Shown: positions 45,201-54,368 of the stretch, piece by piece
How positions within the stretch are numbered: position 1 is the first letter of the stretch
Layout of the letters: every line of letters begins with the position of its first letter
Assembly (NCBI GenBank): GCA_007571365.1
Contig: RKRN01000143.1
Span: 2,245 to 66,244, forward strand
DNA from: Candidatus Latescibacterota bacterium
GTDB lineage: Bacteria > Latescibacterota > UBA2968 > UBA8231
Direction of reading: 5' to 3'
Length of the DNA: 64,000 nt
Translations under genes and position numbers: made by a program
The notes under the pieces: model-generated
Told to the model about the DNA's origin: nothing
Database searches by the model: none
The model's input: the letters and a program-made list of their open reading frames with translations, nothing else

Positions 45201-46105
45201 GGCCGGTCTCCTGTTTTCACCTTCGACTTGATACGTCCCCACGACTGAGAAAGGGCAGACGTAGCACACGGTTGATTTTGATTCCAGGCCGATAAAACAG
45301 ATTTAGCACCGCCTGTATGACCATATACACCTACTGAAGTCGCTTCTATATAGGGTAATTCCTCATAAGCTTTTGCGATACGTACCATATTCGATTCAAA
45401 CGGAAAATACAGATCAAACAATCTTCTTCGGCGGTGAGAGAAGTAAGGAGAATCAGAAGACACGGAACATAGCGACGCAGGAAAGTCATCGCGGTCTTTA
45501 AATAGAACAAGACCAGAACAAGCCCTCCATAGGCCATAGGCCACCGAAAGGGAATCGAAATCTGCTACGCCCGTAGTAAGCGTCGTCTCCGTTTCAAAGG
45601 CACAAAGGGTCGTCTCCGTTTCAAAGGCACATAACAGGGCTTTGACAACAGACTCATAGCCCTCCTTGATAGATATTAGCAGCGATCCAGGGTGATAATC
45701 CACAAGCGGCCAAAGCGGGGGATCAAATTCAGCAAACCCTATGTAGGACAGACTCCGATAGGCGGCGGCAACGGTAGCCGGATATACCAAAGATGAAAAA
45801 GTCAACCGAAAAGCACAAAAGGAGTTCGGCTTGGGAAAATAAATACAACTACCCACTCCTAGGATGTCTCCCAAAGTGAGGGAACGTAGGCCATAAGCCG
45901 CCGAAAGGGAATCGAACGCTGCCACGCCCGTAATCGTCGTCTCCACCTCCGCCGCGCACGTAAGCGCCGAGATAATCGCCGCATGTTGTCCATTGATATA
46001 GATCGTCAATTCTCGCGATTCCGCTGCGTCCTGTGCCGAGCGGGCGAAAAGAGGCGAAGCCATGCCGATAACTAATAAGGCCGTGAGAACCCATGCTGTC
46101 TTCAT
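45197..46105 (-). CDS. Secreted protein made of two subtilase-prodomain-like modules
   Basis: 302 aa from ATG 46105 with a signal peptide. Two modules share TG(V)A.FDSLS.AYGL...Y..L.YI motifs with the N-terminus of the adjacent subtilase. GTGA coupling to it. Confidence 0.6.
   Translation of the reverse strand: MKTAWVLTALLVIGMASPLFARSAQDAAESRELTIYINGQHAAIISALTCAAEVETTITGVAAFDSLSAAYGLRSLTLGDILGVGSCIYFPKPNSFCAFRLTFSSLVYPATVAAAYRSLSYIGFAEFDPPLWPLVDYHPGSLLISIKEGYESVVKALLCAFETETTLCAFETETTLTTGVADFDSLSVAYGLWRACSGLVLFKDRDDFPASLCSVSSDSPYFSHRRRRLFDLYFPFESNMVRIAKAYEELPYIEATSVGVYGHTGGAKSVLSAWNQNQPCATSALSQSWGRIKSKVKTGDRP
45582..45635. repeat. 27-bp in-frame tandem duplication (LCAFETETT x2)
   Basis: 45582-45608 and 45609-45635 are identical over the first 23 nt. 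Confidence 0.85.
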
Positions 46106-46131
46106 AGTTTGTATGTGACCCAAATCGTGTC

Positions 46132-46420
46132 GCTCCACGTCAAGGTTTGTCCGGAGCGCACTTGTAAGGATCGGACCACTCGGTCAACGCCTGTGGCACT
46201 GATATCATCGGTGGTTGATACGAGCTGATGGACTACGCCGGCATTCGACAGGGTCGGATACTTGGACCATACTAATGCGGCGACACCCGAAACTAGTATT
46301 CCAAAGTGGCCGCAAGGGCATCAAAGTCAGCAAGTCCCGCAACCGTTGTTTCGGTAATATCAGAATCATGCAAGGGGAAAGTGCTGACATTCATCGTGGG
46401 GATGTCAAACGTAAAACCCA
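46132..46420 (-). pseudogene. Remnants of a second subtilase paralog (catalytic-domain C-terminal fragment plus a prodomain fragment)
   Basis: 46132-46293 is about 85 % identical to 44017-44235 apart from a ~70-nt deletion, and encodes ..VSGVAALVWSKYPTLSNAGV..LQVRSGQTLTWS. 46296-46420 encodes ..ITETTVAGLADFDALAATLEY then a stop. Confidence 0.65.
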
Positions 46421-46468
46421 CCCCGCGATAAAGCAAGCGAAAATGTTGCGCTTTCTTTGCAGCGCGGC

Positions 46469-46909
46469 CTATGCAGACGCGCTGGTTACCTCTAGGCTGA
46501 AGAGGTCGGATTCGTCGGCCAAGCGCACATCTAAGAGCCAGTCGCCGTCAATCGCGACCCGAATTTTGCGCCGCACCCGAACTCCATCAGCCGTGTGCGG
46601 GACGAGCACCAAGTCGAATTCCACGGCTAGACCGGCTGGCAGCACTCCGCCCGAAACCTCCGCGCGCTGGCCGGCCGGCACGTGGGTACGGACAATCCGC
46701 GGCGCGTCGGCATCGGTCTCGTCGAGGTACGCCACTTTGAGATCGTAGGTGGTATGATTGGCGACCGCGACGGTCCCGGCTTGGCGGGTGGGTTCGGGGG
46801 GCACCGGCGCGGTGGGGTCTTTGCCGCCGCAGCCGCTGATCAGCCAAGCGGCTAGCAACAGCGCAGTTCTTACTGCGCGGTAACGTGCAACAATGCTTGG
46901 GCGATCCAT
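46469..46909 (-). CDS. Lipoprotein, hypothetical
   Basis: 146 aa with lipobox LISGC. The start overlaps the selA 3' end by 40 nt. Confidence 0.7.
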   Translation of the reverse strand: MDRPSIVARYRAVRTALLLAAWLISGCGGKDPTAPVPPEPTRQAGTVAVANHTTYDLKVAYLDETDADAPRIVRTHVPAGQRAEVSGGVLPAGLAVEFDLVLVPHTADGVRVRRKIRVAIDGDWLLDVRLADESDLFSLEVTSASA

Positions 46910-48252
46910 TCCACCTCGTCGTCGCGCACGGTGCGCATGTCGAGCAGGAGCCGCTCGCGGGCGATGCGACCGACTAGGCCCTGCCGCCTGAGTTGCCGCC
47001 CTAGCTGCTCAACCCGGACCGCGTTGGGCTGGAGGGCCACGGCCCGGCTGGGGATCTCGGCTAGAGGCAGGGAGCCGCTGCCGGCTTGTGCTAGCGATGC
47101 GACTACTTCGAGGCAGAGCGCACGGCAGACTGCTTCGGGCAGAAGGGACCGCAGCCGCTGGGCGCGTTCCTCCAGGGCCTCAACCGGTGTCCGCAGCATG
47201 GCCAGTGCCGGCAGGGCCTGCGTTAGCTTGTCCGGCGGTAGGCGATAGAGCACCAATACCGCTTCGAGCGCAGCGTAGGTCAGCTTGTCGCAGCGCAGGG
47301 CGCGCATGAGCGGGTTTTGGCGCACCTGCTCTACGTATGGGCACTGGCCGGCGATGATACCGGCTTGCGGCCCGCCTAGCACTTTGTCGCCGCTAAAGCT
47401 GACCACGGCCGCGCCGGCCTTGAGGCTGGAAGCGACTACCGGCTCGGGCGGCAGCCCCCACTGCTCCAGATCGACCAAGGCACCACTCCCCAAGTCGTGG
47501 ACCAGCGGCACACCCGTGCGCTGGCCTAGAGCGGCCAAGTCCTTTAGAGCCACCTCGGCGGTAAAGCCCTGCACCTTGTAATTGCTCGGATGCACCACTA
47601 AAATAGCCCCGGTTTCCGGGCCGATGGCGCACTCGTAATCGCGCAAGTGCGTGCGGTTGGTCGTACCGACCTCGCGCAGCTTGGCCCCACTGGCCGCGAT
47701 GATTTCGGGCAGGCGGAATGAGCCGCCGATCTCGACTTGTTGCCCCCGCGAGACCACCACTTCTCGGCCCCGCGCCAAGGTATCGAGCAGCAGGAGCACG
47801 GCCGCGGCGTTGTTGTTGACCACGGCGGCCGCTTCCGCAGCGGTCGCCGAGCATATAAGAGCCTCGATGTGCGCGCCGCGCTCGCCGCGTTTGCCCGACT
47901 CCAGCTCGAGTTCGAGGTTGCAATAGCCGGCGGCCACCCGCGCAACGGCCTCTTGGGCCGCTTGGGGCAGCGGTGCCCGGCCCAAGCCAGTGTGCAGCAC
48001 CACGCCTGTGGCATTGACGACGCGGTGCAGCCGCGCTGCGGCCTCTTGTTGAATGCAGCCGCGTACGGCCTGCTCAATCCGCACATCCAAGGCCGCTCGC
48101 TCCTCGTCTACAGTGCCGGCCCGCACTTGGCGACGCAGGTCTGCAATACGGCGGCGCACCTGCTCGACGACATAGGCGCGGTCGTACTCTTGCAAGAGGT
48201 CGGGGACCTGCTTGAGTATCTGATCTACCGAGGGCAGCCTAGCTTCATTCAT
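46870..48252 (-). CDS. selA: L-seryl-tRNA(Sec) selenium transferase
   Basis: 460 aa. VVNATGVVLHTGLGRAPL and FSGDKVLGGPQAGIIAG (PLP Lys). Confidence 0.9.
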   Translation of the reverse strand: MNEARLPSVDQILKQVPDLLQEYDRAYVVEQVRRRIADLRRQVRAGTVDEERAALDVRIEQAVRGCIQQEAAARLHRVVNATGVVLHTGLGRAPLPQAAQEAVARVAAGYCNLELELESGKRGERGAHIEALICSATAAEAAAVVNNNAAAVLLLLDTLARGREVVVSRGQQVEIGGSFRLPEIIAASGAKLREVGTTNRTHLRDYECAIGPETGAILVVHPSNYKVQGFTAEVALKDLAALGQRTGVPLVHDLGSGALVDLEQWGLPPEPVVASSLKAGAAVVSFSGDKVLGGPQAGIIAGQCPYVEQVRQNPLMRALRCDKLTYAALEAVLVLYRLPPDKLTQALPALAMLRTPVEALEERAQRLRSLLPEAVCRALCLEVVASLAQAGSGSLPLAEIPSRAVALQPNAVRVEQLGRQLRRQGLVGRIARERLLLDMRTVRDDEVEWIAQALLHVTAQ

Positions 48253-48375
48253 GGAGGCGAAGTATAGGTTGCCCCTGTGTGGTCAGCAAGTAGTCTTTGC
48301 GCTATGACCTTAATAACCTTATACTTGCAAAACCCCTTCCCCTCCCCTGTTGTCCAATTCCAAATATCTACGAAA

Positions 48376-50382
48376 ATGTCGCGCCCGGTTTACATCTTGG
48401 TGGCGCTGCTCTTGTGTGCTTTTACGCTAGACGCGGCCGAGCACCGGAGTCCAATCGTCCACGTGGTCAAACGAGGGGATACGCTCTCCGAGATTGCCGT
48501 GCGCTACCGAGTCTCGCAAAAGCAAATCAAGCACTGGAATAAGCTCCGCAGCAGTAGGATACGCGCTGGCCAAAGCCTCAAAGTGAGGCCGCCCGTAAAA
48601 AGCGGCGATTGGTATCGCGTCCGGCGCGGCGATACGCTCTCGAAAATAGCTCGGCAGTTCGCCATCCCGGTCTATAAGCTCAAGGCACTCAACCGCCTCG
48701 ATGGGAACGTCATTCACGTCGGGCAGAAGCTCCGCTTGCAAACGGCCGCGCCTGAGCGGAGGGCCGCGGTCAACGACCAAGACGAAGAGCCGCACGAATA
48801 CGCGGTTCGCTCGGGCGACACGCTCTCGAAAATCGCCTTGCGATTTGACGTGAGTTTGGGATTTCTGCGCCAGATCAACCAGCTCAAAAGCGACCTCATT
48901 CGGCCCGGCCAAAAGCTCCGCCTGCGCGCTTCGCGGTTAGAGGAAGCCGTTCACGTGGTGCAAGAGGGCGAAAACCTGACCGAGATATCCCGGCGCTATC
49001 GAGTCCCAATCAGCCAGTTACAGCGTCTCAACGGTCTTGCCGACGATCGGATTTTCAGTGGGCAGAAGCTCCGCCTCAAGGACGCCGAGAGCACGGTACA
49101 CATTGTGGAGCGCGGGGACGCGCTATGGGAAATTGCCCGTGCCTACGGCATTAGCGTCTATCGTCTCAAGAAACTCAACGGCCTTGCATCAAACCGCATC
49201 TATCCAGGTCAGCGGCTCAAGCTCTACCCAGACCGCAAGCTCGAACCGAATGCGGTGCCCGCCAGTGGCCCGCGGTTGGCCACGTACGTGGTTAAGCGGG
49301 GCGATTACCTCGCGCAGATCGCCCGCTTGCACCAGATGAGCGTGGCTGAAATCACCCGCCTCAACAAATTGAAGAGAAACGCCGTCATCCACCCGGGCGA
49401 CCGGCTCAAGGTGCGGCCAATGCGCTGGGTGGAATTGTCTGAGATCGATTGGGATGCCCTGCAGATACGCCGCTCTGACACGCCGAAAATTGCATCAGAC
49501 AACGGACCGTATTACTTCTCCCGGCCCCGCAATAAGCACCAGCCAAACAAGACCTATTACGAGGGCCATCCAAGTTCTCCGCGCCGGACCTATCGCCAAG
49601 CAATACGCCTGTGGCGGGAATTCGAAAGCAAGGTCGATCGCATGGGGCGTTTGAGCTCTCAGTTGGAAGGCTGGCACATCGTCCTCGACCCAGGGCACGG
49701 CGGGCTGGACCCGGGTGCCGTGGTTTCCACCCGCGACGGCAACGGCAACAGGCTCTATGTCGTCGAGGACGAGTACGTCTTCGACATTGCGCTACGGGTG
49801 TATGTCTTGGTGCGCTTACACGGGGCCCAAGCCACTATGACCCTACTCAGCCCCAACCACCTAATTCGCCAAAATGATCCGCCGACTCGGACTTTTGTCA
49901 ACGAAAAAAACGAAGTGTACAACTCGGCCTCTTACAATCAGACCAACAAGCTCAGTGCTTGGCCACGCGGCAGCAATCTTTCGACGCGCGTACGCATTGC
50001 CCGTCAGGCTTTTGCCAAAGCCCCAAGGGGCCGGCGCATCTTCCTTTCCTTGCACGCCGATAGTGCTCCCAAAGCACCTGAAGCACCGCTGGTTTTATAC
50101 TACAAAAGCAGCAAGAGTGGGCGCGTAGATCGCGTCTCGCGCCGCTTTGCCCTCTCCCTGCGCCCGGCCTTAGGGGCTGGGGCCGGCGTCCGCGGGCAAG
50201 GGCTAGGGGTTTTACGCAACAACCCGGCTGACGTCAAAGTCCTCATTGAACTGCGCAACATGGCCTACCGAGATCACGTATGGGCCTTGCGCTTTGAGGA
50301 GCTACGCCACCGCGATGCCGAAAAAGTGGTGCGCGGCCTCCTCGACCACGCCGCGAGCGCCACCCTTCGCGCTGGCTATTAA
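48376..50382 (+). CDS. Six-LysM N-acetylmuramoyl-L-alanine amidase (Amidase_3, AmiC-like)
   Basis: 668 aa from ATG 48376 with a signal peptide. Six units of the type H.V..GDTLS.IA..Y.V....L...N.L....I..GQKLRL. Catalytic part HIVLDPGHGGLDPGAV ... LHADS. Confidence 0.88.
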   Translation: MSRPVYILVALLLCAFTLDAAEHRSPIVHVVKRGDTLSEIAVRYRVSQKQIKHWNKLRSSRIRAGQSLKVRPPVKSGDWYRVRRGDTLSKIARQFAIPVYKLKALNRLDGNVIHVGQKLRLQTAAPERRAAVNDQDEEPHEYAVRSGDTLSKIALRFDVSLGFLRQINQLKSDLIRPGQKLRLRASRLEEAVHVVQEGENLTEISRRYRVPISQLQRLNGLADDRIFSGQKLRLKDAESTVHIVERGDALWEIARAYGISVYRLKKLNGLASNRIYPGQRLKLYPDRKLEPNAVPASGPRLATYVVKRGDYLAQIARLHQMSVAEITRLNKLKRNAVIHPGDRLKVRPMRWVELSEIDWDALQIRRSDTPKIASDNGPYYFSRPRNKHQPNKTYYEGHPSSPRRTYRQAIRLWREFESKVDRMGRLSSQLEGWHIVLDPGHGGLDPGAVVSTRDGNGNRLYVVEDEYVFDIALRVYVLVRLHGAQATMTLLSPNHLIRQNDPPTRTFVNEKNEVYNSASYNQTNKLSAWPRGSNLSTRVRIARQAFAKAPRGRRIFLSLHADSAPKAPEAPLVLYYKSSKSGRVDRVSRRFALSLRPALGAGAGVRGQGLGVLRNNPADVKVLIELRNMAYRDHVWALRFEELRHRDAEKVVRGLLDHAASATLRAGY

Positions 50383-50391
50383 AAACAAAAA

Positions 50392-50425
50392 AGCTCCGGA
50401 AGGAATACTTCCGGAGCTTTTTGTT
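50392..50425. terminator. Bidirectional intrinsic terminator
   Basis: 11-bp stem AGCTCCGGAAG / CTTCCGGAGCT with loop GAATA. Flanked by AAAAACAAAAA upstream and TTTTTGTTG downstream, between convergent genes. Confidence 0.85.
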
Positions 50426-50443
50426 GATTTGTGCTATGCGGTG

Positions 50444-50695
50444 CTAAAAAATTCGTTCCTCTATCAGCCGTTTAGCGGCCTTGCGCACGACTTCGGGTTC
50501 GAGGCCGGCTAGCTCGCACCAAGGATCAATCCGAGAGCTTTCGACAAAGGCTAGCTCCGGGGTGCCATCGGGTGTTACCACGACCTCGTCCACCTTGGAT
50601 ATCTCGCGTAAAGTACTGAGAATCATAGCGTTAGCAAGGCGTCGATAAGCCATCGCAATACGTTCAACTTGGGCAATATCCTGATCTGTTCTCAT
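50444..50695 (-). CDS. Small hypothetical protein
   Basis: 83-aa ORF with lower GC and no motif. A terminator lies directly downstream and a 236-bp AT-rich region lies upstream. Confidence 0.45.
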   Translation of the reverse strand: MRTDQDIAQVERIAMAYRRLANAMILSTLREISKVDEVVVTPDGTPELAFVESSRIDPWCELAGLEPEVVRKAAKRLIEERIF

Positions 50696-50931
50696 AGCAC
50701 TTCCTGCGGGGTTAAGAGTATATGAGATGCGATAAGTAAAGAATTGAGGTGCTTAACTTCGTCTAAAAGCGTTCCTTCCTTTCTATAACAAAAGAGTCGC
50801 GTTTACCGTCTAGCTATCTATAAGGGTAAGAAATTTTCGCGCAAAATTTTCAAAAAAATATCGCACGCAATAAAAAAATAGCCGCAGCACCTAATGGCGC
50901 ACCGGCCATACTATCCGTAACTCTCTTTTTT

Positions 50932-51951
50932 TTAAATGTTTAGAGATTCTTCTCGCCGCACCGAGCGCTTTTCGGCAGCAGCCCGGTAAAGGCGGTAAAT
51001 CCATTCGACAGTCTCCAAAGCCTCCCGTCCAAGCGAATAAGGGAGGTCCGCGCCGGCTAGGCCGCGCAAAAAATCGGCCCACTCCAGCTCCCACGAGCGA
51101 TCCTCGCCCGGGTAGTCAAAACGCTCGCTGGCCGGTGCGCCGCCTTGGGGATTGCGTCGCCCTACTACGGCGCGTTCCGGCCCGTAGGTTCCCCCCAAGC
51201 CCTCGGCGCAGACATAGCCATCGCGCCCGAAAACTTCAAAGCTGAAGAGGTTTTTCCACTGCGTCCAACTCGCGTGTAGCGCGGCGATCTGGCCGGTGGC
51301 CGTGCGAAAGAGTCCGTAGGCGTTGTCTTCCACCGGCGCGTCCCAGAAGTGGGTCTCGACATAGCCCGTGACTTCGGCAAAGTCCCCCAAGAGCCATTTG
51401 GCCAAGTCGATCAGATGCGCTCCTTGGTCTAAAAGCTCGCCGCCGCCGGCCCGCTCGGGATTAGTGCGCCACTCGCGTTCGTAACCGGGTCGGCCGCCGT
51501 GGCCATAGCGCGCTCGGATGCTCAGCAGCGGGCCGATCGCGTCGGCCGTGCAGACCTCGTACAGCTTTTGCACGGCAGGGTGGTAGCGGTGATTGTAGCC
51601 GACCTTGAGTACGCGCCCGCTGTGCTCGGCCGCGGCGACGGCCCGCCGGGCTTCTTGGGGGTTGCGTCCCAGCGGCTTTTCGCACAAGACGTGCTTGCCG
51701 GCCAAAAGGGCGGCCGTGCTGATGGGGGCCAAGGCGTCGTGTGTCGTCGCGACCACCGCGATGTCGAGGTCGGCCGCGATTAGCTCGGCCGGCGAAGCAG
51801 CGACCGCGGCCGCGTATTCGGCGGCTAGTTCGGCCGCGGCGGGCGCGTGCTGGTCGTAGATTAGGGCTACGGTGGACGCGGGGTGGGCGTGGGCTGTGGC
51901 CGCGCGCCGCCGCCCCATGCGCCCCGCGCCGATGATCCCCACCTTGTACAC
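50932..51951 (-). CDS. Gfo/Idh/MocA-family NAD(P)-dependent oxidoreductase
   Basis: 339 aa from a GTG start directly abutting the SDR stop (TGAGTG). VGIIGAGRMG Rossmann motif and ..VLCEKPL. Confidence 0.88.
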   Translation of the reverse strand: MYKVGIIGAGRMGRRRAATAHAHPASTVALIYDQHAPAAAELAAEYAAAVAASPAELIAADLDIAVVATTHDALAPISTAALLAGKHVLCEKPLGRNPQEARRAVAAAEHSGRVLKVGYNHRYHPAVQKLYEVCTADAIGPLLSIRARYGHGGRPGYEREWRTNPERAGGGELLDQGAHLIDLAKWLLGDFAEVTGYVETHFWDAPVEDNAYGLFRTATGQIAALHASWTQWKNLFSFEVFGRDGYVCAEGLGGTYGPERAVVGRRNPQGGAPASERFDYPGEDRSWELEWADFLRGLAGADLPYSLGREALETVEWIYRLYRAAAEKRSVRREESLNI

Positions 51952-52782
51952 TCAGCCCTCCTGCGGCGGTATGCGCCGCACCGCAAAGCTCTCCGTGGCC
52001 ATAATCGCCTCAACATCAAGGGTTTCCCACGGATCCCAAACTGCGGATAGCAGCCGCCCGGTCAGTCCATCGGAGCGCGCCGAGGCCAGATAGACCGCCA
52101 GTGCGGCTGGCCGCGCACCCGTAGCGTCGCCCTCGCGCAGCAGGCTCTGGTCCTGCTCCCGTTCTTGGACACTCACGGCTGCGCCAGCCGCTAGCCGTTG
52201 GTCGAGCATCCGCGTGTTGACGGCTCCGGGGGCAATGGCGTTGACGTCAATGCCGTGCTCAGCCACTTCTCCAGCCAAGTTTTCGCTAAAGCGCACGACC
52301 CCGGCCTTGGAGGTGCTGTACGCGCTAAAGAAGGGCCGCGGCCCCACTGCGCCGCCGCCCGAGAGGTTGATGATTTTGCCGTAGTGCTGGGCGATCATGG
52401 CCGGCAGGACCTTGCGAGTGCAGTAGAAACAGCCGCCGAGGTTGACCTGTACCACCTGCATCCAAGCGTCTGGATCGACCTCTTCTACTCGCCCTATAGG
52501 CCCCTGAATTCCCGCGTTGTTGACCAGTACATCGACTCCGCCCCAAGCGACGAGCACGCGCTCAATGGCCGCATCTACTTCCGCGCGCCTCCCCACATCC
52601 GCCGGCAATTTCAACGCTGTTTGGCCGCGGTTTGCCAAAAGCGCGGCTGTCTCGTCTAGCTCGGAGCCGGTGCGGGCCAAAATCGCCACGTGCGCCCCTT
52701 CCCGCGCCAAGGCCAAGGCAATGGCCCGGCCAATGCCGCGCCCACCGCCGGTTACTAGGCAACGCCGGCCTATCAGCTCCAT
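51952..52782 (-). CDS. Short-chain dehydrogenase/reductase (SDR)
   Basis: 276 aa from ATG 52782. VTGGGRGIGRAIA, NNAG, YSTSK (YxxxK). Confidence 0.9.
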   Translation of the reverse strand: MELIGRRCLVTGGGRGIGRAIALALAREGAHVAILARTGSELDETAALLANRGQTALKLPADVGRRAEVDAAIERVLVAWGGVDVLVNNAGIQGPIGRVEEVDPDAWMQVVQVNLGGCFYCTRKVLPAMIAQHYGKIINLSGGGAVGPRPFFSAYSTSKAGVVRFSENLAGEVAEHGIDVNAIAPGAVNTRMLDQRLAAGAAVSVQEREQDQSLLREGDATGARPAALAVYLASARSDGLTGRLLSAVWDPWETLDVEAIMATESFAVRRIPPQEG

Positions 52783-52854
52783 ATCGCGCTCCTTTGTCGC
52801 TTGAGCAAATATGGGGTATTGGTTTGTTCTTGCCAAAGGCCAATAGGCCCGTCG

Positions 52855-52883
52855 TTGACCTAGTGGACCATTTGTCCTAAATT
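52855..52883 (+). promoter_or_regulatory. Sigma70-like promoter TTGACC-17 nt-TAAATT
   Basis: TTGACC at 52855-52860 and TAAATT at 52878-52883, 32 nt upstream of ATG 52915. Confidence 0.4.
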
Positions 52884-52914
52884 GGTGGACATCCATCTTA
52901 GAGAGTCTATTTTG

Positions 52915-54363
52915 ATGTCTCTACCCAGTGCCGCATCCGATCTCAAAGCGCTCTGCCTCCACATCAACGCCCATTGTCCCGCCGGTGGCCTTTTTGAAGG
53001 CGACCGCACCCATTTACACCCGGCCAGCAATCTGCCGTGGCGCATTGCTCCAGAGCCGTTCTGGCTCTCGCCGGCGCAACACCGCTACCTAGACCAGCTC
53101 GGCGGCGTCCTCCATCAGTTTTACCGGGCCTCCAATCAGCTTTACCACCAGAGCGTCAAGGGCGTCGAGCCGCCTTGGATTCACGAATACTTGGATTTGG
53201 GCAAACCGAGTGCTGTGCGCGAAATGGGCCTCTGGAATCGCATCAAGTCCCAGTTGCCTTTGGTCATTCGCCCGGATCTTTTGCTCACCGAAGACGGCTT
53301 CAAGCTAGTCGAGCTAGACGCCATCCCCGGCGGCATGGGCTTCACCGCCCAAATCTCGGAGGTCTATGCCGACCTCGGCTACGACATTATCGGCGGTGCC
53401 CGCGGCCTGATCGACCCATTTTACGAAGCCATGGCCGCTGCTGCCAAGGTGGCTAAGCCGCATTTTGCCCTCTTTGTCTCGGATGAATCCGAGGCCTATC
53501 GCCGAGAAATGGAGTGGCTGGTCCAGCGCCTGCAGGCGGCCGGCAAACCGGCCCGCAGTGCCCACCCGCGCGAGGCTCGCTTTGACGAAAAGGGCCTCTT
53601 CCTCCAAGGTGCTGACGAGACGGCCCCTTGGCATATTGATGCGGCCTATCGCTTCTTTGAATTGTTCGATCTCAAAAACATCCCCAAGGCCGAGCTTTTT
53701 ACTTACTTCACCAAGAAAAACGCCCTGTGCCTGACCCCGCCACCAAAGGCCTACCTTGAAGAGAAGCTCTGGTTGGCGCTCTATCACCACCCCGCGCTCA
53801 AGTCCTATTGGCATCGCACTTTGGGCAAGGAATCTTTTGCCGCTTTGGGCAGCCTGATCCCGCGCTCGTGGATTGTCGATGCGCGGCCGCTGCCGCCCCA
53901 CGCCATTATTCCCGGCCTCGACATTGGCGGCCAGCCCGTCGGCGACTGGCAGCAGTTGAAGCACCTAACCAAGAAGCAGCGCGAACTCGTGCTCAAGCCT
54001 TCGGGTTTTTCCAACATTGCCTATGAAAGCAAGGGCGTGTCCATCGGCCACGACTTGCCCGAAGCCGAATGGGCCGAGCGCGTCCAAGAGGCCCTCGACC
54101 GCTTTGCGCATCAGCCCTATATCTTGCAGGAATTTCACAAGGCCGCCCGCCGCACCGTGCGCTACTACGACTTCTACCGCGACGAGGTCGTGCCCATGCG
54201 GGGTCGGGTGATGCTGCGTCCTTATTACTATGTCATCGGCGATACGCCGCGCCTATGCGGCATCCAAGCCTTGGTGTTCCCGGCCGACAAAAAGATCCTG
54301 CACGGCATGGTCGACGCCGCGATCATGCCCGGCGCCGCGTCCGCGGAAAAATCCCCTTTCTGA
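52915..54363 (+). CDS. Hypothetical protein, glutathionylspermidine-synthase-like ATP-grasp fold suspected
   Basis: 482 aa from ATG 52915. ..PLVIRPDLLLTEDGFKLVELDAIPGG.., ..LVLKPSGFS.., ..PYILQEF.. align by eye with the E. coli YgiC/YjfC pattern (RLDL..KLLE.NADTPT, VVKP, IVQQF). Confidence 0.6.
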   Translation: MSLPSAASDLKALCLHINAHCPAGGLFEGDRTHLHPASNLPWRIAPEPFWLSPAQHRYLDQLGGVLHQFYRASNQLYHQSVKGVEPPWIHEYLDLGKPSAVREMGLWNRIKSQLPLVIRPDLLLTEDGFKLVELDAIPGGMGFTAQISEVYADLGYDIIGGARGLIDPFYEAMAAAAKVAKPHFALFVSDESEAYRREMEWLVQRLQAAGKPARSAHPREARFDEKGLFLQGADETAPWHIDAAYRFFELFDLKNIPKAELFTYFTKKNALCLTPPPKAYLEEKLWLALYHHPALKSYWHRTLGKESFAALGSLIPRSWIVDARPLPPHAIIPGLDIGGQPVGDWQQLKHLTKKQRELVLKPSGFSNIAYESKGVSIGHDLPEAEWAERVQEALDRFAHQPYILQEFHKAARRTVRYYDFYRDEVVPMRGRVMLRPYYYVIGDTPRLCGIQALVFPADKKILHGMVDAAIMPGAASAEKSPF

Positions 54364-54368
54364 CCGCC

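Noticed and set aside
50878-50931. Possible terminator hairpin (GCCGCAGCACC..GGCGCACCGGC plus T-run on the minus strand) after the Gfo/Idh/MocA gene
   Set aside because: The stem has three mismatches in 11 positions, too weak to call without energy calculation.
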